64,000 bases of DNA from positions 196,964-260,963 of the forward strand of contig JBAZMP010000002.1 of assembly GCA_041649715.1 (NCBI GenBank), in the 5' to 3' direction. This document shows, piece after piece, positions 1 to 8,461 of this stretch. The translations under genes and the position numbers were made by a program. Source of the DNA: Patescibacteria group bacterium. Lineage in GTDB: Bacteria; Patescibacteriota; Patescibacteriia; JAXHNJ01. A model generated the notes under the pieces. The model made no database searches, was not told where the DNA came from, and saw only the letters and a program-made list of their open reading frames with translations. Numbering within the stretch: the stretch's first letter is position 1; each line of letters opens with the position of its first letter.

Positions 1-537
1 GTTGGCTTCCTCGAGTTCCGTCTCGAGCTTGGCCAGCTTATCGCGGGCCGACATTTCCAGCTTTCGTTCGACCGCCGCGGCGATGACGTGGCTGGCCCTG
101 ATCTCGCCAGCGAGATACCGGCAGAGGAGGTTGCCGTCGGGCACAAAAAGAGTATCAGGGTTTTCATTGATAGGCAATGTGCCGGAGCAGAAATACTTGC
201 CCCTTATCTTGACGGTGAGAGTGGTTTCCGCGACGTGGCACATCTTTTCGGGCAGAGCAAGCCAGGGTTTTACCAGATCGATGTGCCCGTTCTCAACGGA
301 AAGAATATAGCCGTAGTAATGACTCGAATGATTACCCGGGGATATTACGCAGAGGGCGATGGTCCCGGATTTTCCGGTGGGCGCGCAGACAGTGAAACCG
401 CGGACAAAATCGCCTGTTCTGACACTGGTTTCAAAGCTGGAGCCGATGAAGAAAATAGTGGATGAGCCCTTGGCACTAAGCCCAAGGGTTCCTTTTTCCT
501 GGTCGGCTTGAGCGACAAGGAAATCTTCAGGTCTCAT
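1..537 (-). CDS. Hypothetical protein, 3'-truncated by the window edge (MRPEDFLVAQADQEKG...DKLAKLETELEEAN)
   Basis: Not in the ORF track because it has no stop in the window. Read by hand: ATG at 537, GGAGG RBS, open to base 1, own sigma70 promoter at 692-720. Confidence 0.75.
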   Translation of the reverse strand, partial: MRPEDFLVAQADQEKGTLGLSAKGSSTIFFIGSSFETSVRTGDFVRGFTVCAPTGKSGTIALCVISPGNHSSHYYGYILSVENGHIDLVKPWLALPEKMCHVAETTLTVKIRGKYFCSGTLPINENPDTLFVPDGNLLCRYLAGEIRASHVIAAAVERKLEMSARDKLAKLETELEEAN

Positions 538-691
538 GATTTGACCTCCACGAATTTATTCCGGCTATTGCCGGATGTGAAAGGTTCTGGGCGGTGGTGT
601 TTAACACAGCCACCTGGGCAGATAATTTGGCACCCTTCTGCCGTAACAGGGTGGTCCGCAGACGTTGTAGCGCTCAGATGATGGACAGAGC

Positions 692-720
692 ATATTAGCA
701 TAAAAATAATCTTTTGTCAA
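692..720 (-). promoter_or_regulatory. Sigma70-type promoter TTGACA-N17-TAATAT with TG extension
   Basis: Consensus match on the minus strand upstream of the 1..537 ORF. Confidence 0.7.
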
Positions 721-729
721 TGCGTAAAT

Positions 730-760
730 AAAAAAGCGACCGCAAACAGGCACGGTCGCC
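730..760 (-). terminator. Intrinsic terminator
   Basis: GCGACCG/CGGTCGC stem followed by a U-tract on the minus strand, after the GNAT gene. Confidence 0.6.
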
Positions 761-773
761 CTATTTTTTGATT

Positions 774-1325
774 TTATCGCAGGTATTTAACCAGGTGTAT
801 TTCGTCGACATACCGGCCGTAGTGCTTAAGCCCTCTTTTTAGCCGGCCGTATTCCTCAAAGCCGCAAGTGCGGTAGACTTTTTGGGCCCTTAAGTTAGGC
901 GACATGACCGTAAGAATGACCATGTTTACCCCAAGAATTTTTTTGGCTTCCTGAATGACGATTTTCAGGAGTTTTTTGCCCAAGCCTCTGTTCTGGTATT
1001 CTTTTCGGATCATGATGCCGAAAGTGCCGATATAATGTCTGTCCGGCCCGCCAGCGCTAACTACTTGGCAGTTGCCCACGATTGTTCCATTGGAAATAGC
1101 AAGCAAATGAACAACTTTTTTCTTAGCGATGTTTTTGAGCAAGGCAGACAGCCACTTTTTTTCCTGGCGGAGATTGACCTTTTTTTGAACGGTAAGATAC
1201 GCTCTGTCGGCCACGAGCGCGTTGATCAGGTCTTTTAAGCCGATAAGATCACTGGCTTGGGGATAGCGGATAATGACGTTTTGACCTTCAAATCTGAATA
1301 CCTTGATGATCTTTTGTTTTTTCAA
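774..1325 (-). CDS. GNAT family N-acetyltransferase
   Basis: Acetyl-CoA motif A (YQNRGLGKKLL) and C-terminal NxRAxxxYxxxGF. TTG start with GGAGG RBS. Confidence 0.9.
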   Translation of the reverse strand: MKKQKIIKVFRFEGQNVIIRYPQASDLIGLKDLINALVADRAYLTVQKKVNLRQEKKWLSALLKNIAKKKVVHLLAISNGTIVGNCQVVSAGGPDRHYIGTFGIMIRKEYQNRGLGKKLLKIVIQEAKKILGVNMVILTVMSPNLRAQKVYRTCGFEEYGRLKRGLKHYGRYVDEIHLVKYLR

Positions 1326-1385
1326 AGGATCGCCTCCTGGCTAGTTGGAAAGTGCACGAATAAACTGATGAATTTGTGATTGATT

Positions 1386-1414
1386 ATATTATCAAAAACG
1401 ATATAATTTGTCAA
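1386..1414 (-). promoter_or_regulatory. Sigma70-type promoter TTGACA-N17-TAATAT
   Basis: Consensus match upstream of the GNAT gene. Confidence 0.7.
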
Positions 1415-1466
1415 AGAGGGGGTTTTTAAAGTGAGTAAGATATTAAGATAACTAATAGTAAGGCAG

Positions 1467-1496
1467 AAAAAACGGACCTTCACTCAGGTCCGTTTT
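1467..1496 (-). terminator. Intrinsic terminator, possibly bidirectional
   Basis: AAAACGGACCT/AGGTCCGTTTT inverted repeat. Confidence 0.65.
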
Positions 1497-1515
1497 GAAT
1501 CTTTAGTCCTATCCT

Positions 1516-1938
1516 TCACAGTGGCCAGTTCATCTCGATGTTCGTGATCATCAAGGAAGTTTTAGTCAAAAGTTGCTCGCGCATCATGCCATCACTTTCT
1601 TCTGGATGGATAACCGCCACGATGCAGATATGACGTTGATCTTCGGTTAAGCCCATTCTCATCCATTTTTCCCCTCGTTGATCCCGGAAGAATGGTTCTT
1701 CATTGGCCATCTTCAATTTCTCGGTTATCTCGCTTATTTTGCCTGACAATTCAGCGATACCGTAGTGAAGAGATATTGCGATACCATTTTGTTCGCTATA
1801 TAATACCTCGGCCATAAAAGTCCTATTGCCTAGGTGAAGAAAACCGGCAAAAACGCCGTCCGCCTCCGGATTCAGGAACCAGAAATCCCTGTCGCCCAAA
1901 ACCGACTTTATCAAATCCGCTATGGCTTCCATTTTCAT
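1516..1938 (-). CDS. Hypothetical protein (weak resemblance to YbjN/T3SS-chaperone-like folds)
   Basis: 140-aa ORF with AGGAGG RBS, promoter TTGACA-N17-TAAGAT at 1977-2005 and its own terminator. The fold suggestion is weak. Confidence 0.7.
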   Translation of the reverse strand: MKMEAIADLIKSVLGDRDFWFLNPEADGVFAGFLHLGNRTFMAEVLYSEQNGIAISLHYGIAELSGKISEITEKLKMANEEPFFRDQRGEKWMRMGLTEDQRHICIVAVIHPEESDGMMREQLLTKTSLMITNIEMNWPL

Positions 1939-2120
1939 CTTCAGTCCTCCTTCAAAGTACGATTAATGATAGCCGCATCTTAACAAAGGGGATAAATCTT
2001 GTCAAAGAGGGTTTTTGAAGAATTTTTCGCTAGCTATATTGTAATTATAGTCAACTTGTGCTATGCTTGTACACACTTAAGAGTAGGTCTAAATTCGTAA
2101 AGTTTGAGGGTTTTTCCATA

Positions 2121-3599
2121 ATGAATATTCTCTTCGTTTATCCCGAGTATCCAGAGACTTTCTGGAGTTTTAAGCATATCCTGAAATTTCTGGCAAAAAA
2201 GGCGGCCTATCCTCCTCTGGGTCTTTTGACCGTATCCGCCATGCTGCCGAAAGAATGGCCGAAAAAACTCGTCGATCTCAATGTCAGGGAATTAAAAGAC
2301 GAGGATATTCTTTGGGCGGATATGGTGTTTATCAGCGCGATGATCGTCCAGAAAAAAAGCGCCCAAGCGGTCATTGACTGGGCGAAAAAAATGGGCAAAA
2401 AAGTGGTTTGCGGCGGCCCGGTCTTCACCAGCCAGCCGGAAGGATTTACCGGCGTCGATCATTTCGTTTTGAACGAAGCCGAGGTAACCCTGCCTCTTTT
2501 TCTTAAGGATTTAGCTAAAGGAAGGCCAAAACATATTTATACTTCCGCCATCCGGCCGGATATATCGCAGACCCCGATACCTGACTGGTCGCTGATCAAG
2601 CTTAAGGATTACGCCGCCATGGTCATTCAGTATTCCCGAGGTTGCCCCTTTAACTGCGAATTCTGCGATATCGTGATCATGAACGGCCGGGGCCAAAGAG
2701 CGAAGAATCCGCCGCAGCTTATCCGGGAATTTGAATCGCTTTACGCCGCCGGCTGGCAAAGCACTTTATTTATCGTGGACGATAATTTTATCGGGAATAA
2801 AGCCAATGTCAAAAAAATGTTGCCGTTTCTTATCGCCTGGCAGAAAGAACATAAATATCCCTTTCAACTGCTGACGGAAGCCAGCCTCAATTTAGCGGAT
2901 GACGAGGAGCTGATGCAGCTGATGAGCGCCGCCAATTTTTATAAAGTATTTTTGGGAATTGAAACTCCCTGCGTGGATAGCCTTAAAGAATGCGGAAAAA
3001 TGCAGAATGTCAGCCGCGATCTGGCGGAGGCCGTGAAGGTCATCCAGCAGCATGGTTTGCAGGTGATGGGCGGTTTTATCGTCGGCTTTGACTCTGATCC
3101 CAAGGGTATCTTTGACGCCCAGATAAGATTTATCCAACAGGTGGGTATTGTCACGGCCATGGTCGGCATTTTGACCGCTTTGCCGCAGACGCGGCTTTGG
3201 CACCGCCTGAAAGCGGAAGGAAGACTAATTGGCGAGACGACCGGCGGCAATACGGACGGCAAGATCAATTTTAAGCCAAAAATGGACCGGCAAAAATTGA
3301 TGGAAGGCTATAAAAAAATTCTGGCCACGATATATTCCCGAAAAAGCTATTACCAAAGGATAAATACATTTATCAAAAGTTACCGGCCGACGGTCAAGTC
3401 AAAGATTAACCGCTATGATTTAAGGGCTTTTTTTATCAGTATTTGGCGGATCGGTTTTGTCTCGCGAGCGAGTTTTCTATACTGGAAGCTGTTGATAAAA
3501 ACTTTTTTGACCAAGCATAAGGCTCTGCCCGTGGCCATCGAGCTGGCTATTGTCGGTCTGCATTATGAAAAAGTGGCCGCCAATGTGATCAATAAATAA
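2121..3599 (+). CDS. B12-binding radical SAM protein, DUF4070/HpnP-like family
   Basis: N-terminal YPxxPxTFWSF...PPLGLLTV cobalamin domain, GGP motif, RGCPFNCEFC, VDDNFIG. The ATG at 2121 is preferred over the upstream GTG. Confidence 0.9.
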   Translation: MNILFVYPEYPETFWSFKHILKFLAKKAAYPPLGLLTVSAMLPKEWPKKLVDLNVRELKDEDILWADMVFISAMIVQKKSAQAVIDWAKKMGKKVVCGGPVFTSQPEGFTGVDHFVLNEAEVTLPLFLKDLAKGRPKHIYTSAIRPDISQTPIPDWSLIKLKDYAAMVIQYSRGCPFNCEFCDIVIMNGRGQRAKNPPQLIREFESLYAAGWQSTLFIVDDNFIGNKANVKKMLPFLIAWQKEHKYPFQLLTEASLNLADDEELMQLMSAANFYKVFLGIETPCVDSLKECGKMQNVSRDLAEAVKVIQQHGLQVMGGFIVGFDSDPKGIFDAQIRFIQQVGIVTAMVGILTALPQTRLWHRLKAEGRLIGETTGGNTDGKINFKPKMDRQKLMEGYKKILATIYSRKSYYQRINTFIKSYRPTVKSKINRYDLRAFFISIWRIGFVSRASFLYWKLLIKTFLTKHKALPVAIELAIVGLHYEKVAANVINK

Positions 3600-3677
3600 T
3601 ATTGGAAGACTTGAAAAAGCAGGGGTTTGTCTCGATCAATGCTTTTTTGCTGATATCAATAATGTTATAATATATTC

Positions 3678-4427
3678 ATGGTTCAAACCTGGCTGTATAC
3701 AATATTAAGCGTTTTAGGGGTGAGTTTAATTGCTTTTGCCGGGCTTTTCACTTTTTCCCTGAGAATTGAGCGGTTAAAAAAAATACTTTTGTTCTTGATC
3801 AGTTTTGCCGCAGGCTCACTTTTAGGCGATGCTTTTATTCATTTGTTGCCGGAGGCGGTGAGCCTTTCTCCAAAGACACTCGTTGTTTCTTTGTGGATAT
3901 TGGGCGGCCTGGTCTTGTTTTTTGTCATGGAAAAGGTCTTAAAATGGCGGCATTGCCACGAGCTTGATTGTGAAGATCACGTGCACACGGTGGGGATGAT
4001 GAGCTTGATCGGCGACGGCGTCCATAACTTCATTGACGGGGCGATTATCGCCGCCAGTTTCTTGGTCAGTCCGGCCTTGGGATTAGTTACCACCATCGCG
4101 GTGATCTTGCACGAAATCCCCCAGGAGATGGGCGATTTCGGGATTTTGATTCACGCCGGCTACTCAAGAATGCAGGCTTTGTTTTATAATTTTATTTCCG
4201 CTTTGACCGCCGTGGCGGGAGCGGCTTTGACCCTGACTTTTGGCGCTCATATTTCCAGTCTGACGAGCTACCTGGTTCCGCTTACGATAGGCGGCTTTAT
4301 TTATATTGCCACTGCCGATCTGATCCCGGAGTTGCATAAAGAAGTGAGGTTGCGCTATTCGGTTTTTCAGCTTCTTTCTTTCTTGCTCGGTATCGGCCTG
4401 ATGGCCTTGTTGCTTTTGCTTGAATAA
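3678..4427 (+). CDS. ZIP family metal (zinc) transporter
   Basis: Multi-TM protein with HNFIDG and HEIPQE signatures and a His-rich loop (HCH...HVH). Confidence 0.93.
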   Translation: MVQTWLYTILSVLGVSLIAFAGLFTFSLRIERLKKILLFLISFAAGSLLGDAFIHLLPEAVSLSPKTLVVSLWILGGLVLFFVMEKVLKWRHCHELDCEDHVHTVGMMSLIGDGVHNFIDGAIIAASFLVSPALGLVTTIAVILHEIPQEMGDFGILIHAGYSRMQALFYNFISALTAVAGAALTLTFGAHISSLTSYLVPLTIGGFIYIATADLIPELHKEVRLRYSVFQLLSFLLGIGLMALLLLLE

Positions 4428-4513
4428 TATTCACTCTTGACTTTTCCCGCCCCCTGGCCTAAGATAGGGGGAGGTTTTTTACAGCATCAAAGTTCATTAA
4501 CAAGGAGGCGTCA

Positions 4514-4840
4514 GTGGCCAAAATGAAGCGTAATGAGACGGGTGAAAAAGGCGTTTTATCTTTTTCTTTGAGCGGTGAATCGTTCGGAGGTCCCGATAAT
4601 TTGGATTTAATGGAAAGGATAGCCGGAACGGTTGAAAGAGCGGGAGAAAAGGTGTCGACGGTTATTGTCGATCTTGAGAAATTGGAATGGATTTCCGGGA
4701 CCGGCGTGGGGCTGCTGGTGACGCTTCGGTCAAGATTGGCCAAACAAGGTATTAAAGTCAAGCTTGAGAAACCGAATGCCAGAGTTTTGAGCGTCCTTCA
4801 GGTTACCCGCCTGAATATGATTTTTGAAGTTATCGAATAA
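4514..4840 (+). CDS. STAS-domain protein (anti-sigma factor antagonist-like)
   Basis: VIVDLEKLEWISGTGVGLL resembles the STAS DLxxxxxxDSsGlG motif. AGGAGG RBS; promoter TTGACT-N17-TAAGAT at 4437-4465. Confidence 0.8.
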   Translation: MAKMKRNETGEKGVLSFSLSGESFGGPDNLDLMERIAGTVERAGEKVSTVIVDLEKLEWISGTGVGLLVTLRSRLAKQGIKVKLEKPNARVLSVLQVTRLNMIFEVIE

Positions 4841-4854
4841 AAAAGGAGTCAGCT

Positions 4855-5022
4855 ATGAGTCGTTTGAATATTCCCCCTGGTCGTTGCGGCCAAATGGATG
4901 AAATGAAAAAATGTAAGGACTGCCGGTATCGGGTGGTCAATGGTGGTGAGGGCGCTTGCCCTTACATGAATGCAGGTGACGAATGTCCTTATGGCAAGGA
5001 AAAAGCTGATGATACCCTCTAG
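4855..5022 (+). CDS. Small Cys-rich hypothetical protein (55 aa)
   Basis: Read by hand, below the ORF-track cutoff: MSRLNIPPGRCGQMDEMKKCKDCRYRVVNGGEGACPYMNAGDECPYGKEKADDTL. AAGGAG RBS; terminator follows. Confidence 0.6.
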   Translation: MSRLNIPPGRCGQMDEMKKCKDCRYRVVNGGEGACPYMNAGDECPYGKEKADDTL

Positions 5023-5043
5023 GCTATTGTTTATTCCCCGCAT

Positions 5044-5076
5044 ACTCCTTTCAGCAAACTGAAGGGAGTTTTTTTA
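5044..5076 (+). terminator. Intrinsic terminator
   Basis: ACTCCTTTCAG/CTGAAGGGAGT stem plus T-tract. Confidence 0.7.
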
Positions 5077-5088
5077 TTGGGGTGAGTG

Positions 5089-5154
5089 ACCCCGCCAGAA
5101 ATCCCCGCATATTTAAACGAGTGTATATTTATATTGAGTAATTTCTAACGGGGT
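5089..5154. repeat. MITE-like element with 14-bp imperfect terminal inverted repeats
   Basis: ACCCCGCCAGAAAT ... ATTTCTAACGGGGT (12/14 complementary) around an AT-rich core. Confidence 0.55.
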
Positions 5155-5182
5155 TGACAAATCCATGATTTTGCGCTATATT
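5154..5182 (+). promoter_or_regulatory. Sigma70-type promoter TTGACA-N17-TATATT
   Basis: The -35 hexamer starts at the last base of the MITE-like right end. Confidence 0.65.
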
Positions 5183-5247
5183 AGAGTGTTTCGAACCTTT
5201 AAAATCATTGGTCTTGAATTGACGTTATTGCTGAAGAGGTGGTTATC

Positions 5248-5991
5248 ATGTCACGCAGAGGAAGACAGCCTTGGCGTCTCGTTACCGAAGCGGAAGTCTC
5301 CAAATTTCTGCCTTTGGCAGAAATGTTTGCCGCGGATTTGTACGGTAAGTTCGGCGATTTATGGCCGTTTGTTGAGGTCTTATTCCGCCTGGCGGTCCTG
5401 AAAGATTGTACTCGGCATGATCGTATCCGGATCGCTTACCATTATATCTGGAAAGCGCCGAGCCGGAGCGAAATCAGGCGTCGGCATCCGGAGTGGCAGG
5501 ATTGGCTGGTCGAAGCTCGCTACCAGGATTTCCAAGCACACATCAGGCAATGGGGGCCGGGTGATGTTGAGCTCGTGGCCGTGGATTTGCAGCGTTTCCC
5601 CACCCCCGACGCCATTGATATCACCAGTCTCAATCCGAGTCAATTCCGGCCGGTTCTGATCAACTATCGGACGGGCGCCCATGTTACCGGCGTTATTAAC
5701 CAGATCATCCACTTTGAATGGGATAAAGTGGGTAATAAGCGCATCACGGTTTCTGTCTCCCAGAAGGAATGGGAGATGATTGGGCGTCAGCTCAGTCTTT
5801 ACGTTGATTCTTATCATCATTCCTTCCACAGTCCGGAAGAGATGAGCGATCCGGTGCTCTTGGGCAAGCTGCTTAAACGCCGGCCGATCAGACCGAAATT
5901 GAGGCACTTCTCAAATTCCCTCTGGCGATACTACCAGGTAGTCGAAAAAAACCGAGGGTACGAACCCTGGGAAGTGGAAAACACGGTATGA
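5248..5991 (+). CDS. Hypothetical protein
   Basis: ~247-aa ORF with GAGGTGG RBS, promoter, and terminator at 5990-6018. No family recognised. Confidence 0.75.
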   Translation: MSRRGRQPWRLVTEAEVSKFLPLAEMFAADLYGKFGDLWPFVEVLFRLAVLKDCTRHDRIRIAYHYIWKAPSRSEIRRRHPEWQDWLVEARYQDFQAHIRQWGPGDVELVAVDLQRFPTPDAIDITSLNPSQFRPVLINYRTGAHVTGVINQIIHFEWDKVGNKRITVSVSQKEWEMIGRQLSLYVDSYHHSFHSPEEMSDPVLLGKLLKRRPIRPKLRHFSNSLWRYYQVVEKNRGYEPWEVENTV

Positions 5992-6086
5992 GGCGGAAGC
6001 ATTTTCCGCCTCTTTTTTATCCTTGAAATATTTTTAGTTTTACGCTAAGGTTTAAGCGGTTCTTTTTGCCAAGGAGGTTTGAGATA

Positions 6087-6440
6087 ATGAAAGTAATCTG
6101 GGAAGAGGAGGGTGATAGGCGGAAGTATTGTCCGAGCTGCGGCGGGAAGCTTGACGCCTGGGGCCTTTGTCGGGAAGCGGCGGGAAAGATCAGCCTGGAT
6201 CTAGCCAGCGCCTGGCGATTAGCGAGTCAATCCAAAGGGAAGCTATCCCAAAAGGAGATTCGGGAAAGAATAGACGCGATTGCGGCGCAACCCCTTACTT
6301 CGGAGCACGCCGGCAGCATCTGTCTTATTTGTAAGCGTCAGTTTTTGCACGGCGTCTGCCCGGGTTGCGGCTTGCCCATCAAGTATAATTCTCGCCAAGA
6401 AATATTTTTTCTCCACCTTTTCCGAGACTGGCCTAAATAG
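6087..6440 (+). CDS. Hypothetical zinc-ribbon protein
   Basis: CPSC...C and CLIC...CPGC motifs; AGGAGG RBS before the ATG at 6087. Confidence 0.65.
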   Translation: MKVIWEEEGDRRKYCPSCGGKLDAWGLCREAAGKISLDLASAWRLASQSKGKLSQKEIRERIDAIAAQPLTSEHAGSICLICKRQFLHGVCPGCGLPIKYNSRQEIFFLHLFRDWPK

Positions 6441-6526
6441 GGAGGCATGAAAAATTGCTTCCCTTGTTTTTTTCCGCCCATTTGCTAAAATATTATTGAC
6501 ATTAAATATTAAGGAGAAATGAAAAC

Positions 6527-6721
6527 ATGCCAGAGAAAAAAATCGCAGTGGACCCGGAAAAATGCATCGGCTGCGGCGCTTGCGTCGCTTTATGCCCGGA
6601 AGTTTTCGAGATAGGCGGGGACGGCAAGTCACGCGTGAAAGACCAGGCCGGTTGTGAAAAATGTGATTGTTCGGGAGCGATTGACGGCTGCCCGCAACAA
6701 GCTATTTTTTGGGAAGAATAA
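6527..6721 (+). CDS. Single-cluster [4Fe-4S]/[3Fe-4S] ferredoxin
   Basis: CIGCGACVALCP...CPQQAI; AGGAG RBS; terminator at 6734-6771. Confidence 0.92.
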   Translation: MPEKKIAVDPEKCIGCGACVALCPEVFEIGGDGKSRVKDQAGCEKCDCSGAIDGCPQQAIFWEE

Positions 6722-6882
6722 TATTATCCTTTAAAATTAGCCCCCAGGAAATCCCGCGGGCTAATTTTTTTACATAAATAAATAGAAAATACCGAGGTAA
6801 TCTAAAAATGGGATTGACCCTTTTGGAAATCACGGTATATTTAATTATATAGGGGTATTGTCAGATCTGTTCTTGTTTGGGG

Positions 6883-6911
6883 TTGACAAATCAGAAAATT
6901 TGTGCTAATAT
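6883..6911 (+). promoter_or_regulatory. Sigma70-type promoter TTGACA-N17-TAATAT
   Basis: Consensus match. The GGGGTTGACAAATC context is identical to that at 5150. Confidence 0.7.
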
Positions 6912-6922
6912 AAAACGTTAGG

Positions 6923-8158
6923 ATGACACGTAATATACAATCTATTATGTCATATTTTCACCGGAAAATCCGCGATAGTTTTATTCCCCAGGAGCAAAAT
7001 GAATTTCGCCCCCATGTTTTAAGGCATAAATTTTTGGCTTTTATCGCCTCTTTGGTCATTGTGGTGAAAGTGGGCGTCCTGCTATTAGTTGCCTTGACTC
7101 CTGGTTATGTCTTGCCGGTTGATATTACCAACCAGAATATTGTCAATTTAACCAATCAGCAGCGATTAAATGCGGGTTTATCCGAGCTGAAGTTGAACAG
7201 CCGACTTTCTCAGGCGGCCTCTGCCAAGGCGGCTGACATGCTTTCAAACCAGTATTTTTCCCACTACAGTCCGTCTAATGTCTCGCCTTGGTACTGGTTT
7301 CAGAGCGCCGGCTACGAATACGCCTATGCCGGAGAAAATTTAGCCATGGATTTTGTCACCGCTGAATCTACGGTTAGCGCCTGGATGGCCAGCGAAAGCC
7401 ATAAGAAAAATATCCTGAATTCAAAATTTTCCGAGATCGGCGTCGGGGTGATTGAAGGAGATTTCAAAGGCGCTAAGACGATATTGGTCGTGCAGGAATT
7501 TGCCGCGCCGGCGCCGACGAAGACCGTCGCTTCCAATACGACCGTTACGGAAGTGACTAAGCCGGCCACCACTGAAACAAAACCGGTTCAACAGACCGTG
7601 ACACCGACCGTCGAGGCGGAAAAAAACTTGCCGAAAGTGGAAGCCGAAAAGACCGTTGTCCTGCCGTCACCGGCCAAAGAAGATACTTATGACGTGACCG
7701 TTAAGGTGGAGGAACCTCCGGCGGAAACTCCGCCTGCCGAGCCGCCAGCGGAGATCACGCAAGTGGCGGTTAATTTGGGCGGCAACACGGCAGATTTGAA
7801 TAAGACGGGCGATCAGTACGTCGGCTCGGTCGAGGAGAACCAGAACGGGCAGAAAAACGATTTAGATATATTGGTTCAAAGTACGCAGCCGACCACTGAC
7901 GAGAGCAATGTCATAACGGCCCCCGTCATGAATACGGATTTCTTTAAAACGACGATATTGCGGCCGGATAAATTTTTCACTTCCGAAAAATTGGTCCAGA
8001 TCATCTTATACTCCCGCAATTTTTTCCTGGCCCTGCTGCTTTTCCTGAGTCTTGCCCTTATCCTCAATGTTTTGATTAAAGTCCGCGTACAGCACCGGCC
8101 GACCATTGTTTACAGCCTGCTGGTCATCTATATGATCAGCGTGATTATCATAATTTAA
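6923..8158 (+). CDS. CAP (SCP/YkwD-like) domain membrane protein
   Basis: TNxxR, KAxDM...YFSH, AGENLA, WMASxxHxxNIL. N-terminal TM, Thr/Pro-rich linker and two C-terminal TMs. Confidence 0.92.
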   Translation: MTRNIQSIMSYFHRKIRDSFIPQEQNEFRPHVLRHKFLAFIASLVIVVKVGVLLLVALTPGYVLPVDITNQNIVNLTNQQRLNAGLSELKLNSRLSQAASAKAADMLSNQYFSHYSPSNVSPWYWFQSAGYEYAYAGENLAMDFVTAESTVSAWMASESHKKNILNSKFSEIGVGVIEGDFKGAKTILVVQEFAAPAPTKTVASNTTVTEVTKPATTETKPVQQTVTPTVEAEKNLPKVEAEKTVVLPSPAKEDTYDVTVKVEEPPAETPPAEPPAEITQVAVNLGGNTADLNKTGDQYVGSVEENQNGQKNDLDILVQSTQPTTDESNVITAPVMNTDFFKTTILRPDKFFTSEKLVQIILYSRNFFLALLLFLSLALILNVLIKVRVQHRPTIVYSLLVIYMISVIIII

Positions 8159-8461
8159 AGATTTGGGTATTCGCGCGCGCCCTCCCTTTTTTTGAGACAG
8201 GCGGTTTTTGCTTAGTCTTGATTTTATCGGCCTTCCAGACTACGGCCAGTGTGAAAATCGCGTGAAAATGTGACGGAGGGTTCGAATGAATCCCGCCAGG
8301 AAAATACTGAATAGCGGGGCGGAACTCAACATTTTGCCGCCTTAAGCCTTGATTTCAATCGGCGGAAGCCGTCGGCGCGCCCTTATTATCATCCTTGACG
8401 GTTCTTTTGTTTTTTGATAAATTTATAAGTAACTAATAAATAACATTAAGGAGAAAATACA

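Noticed and set aside
2-465. Plus-strand ORFs 2..310 and 88..465
   Set aside because: Shadows of the minus-strand gene starting at 537, which has the promoter and RBS.
600-690. SAM-I riboswitch (GGTGCCAA-like segment on the minus strand)
   Set aside because: The AUC..GAG P1, kink-turn P2 and GCAACC elements are missing.
1-6800. Integron cassette array
   Set aside because: Genes have mixed orientation and their own promoters and terminators; no attC repeats or IntI seen.
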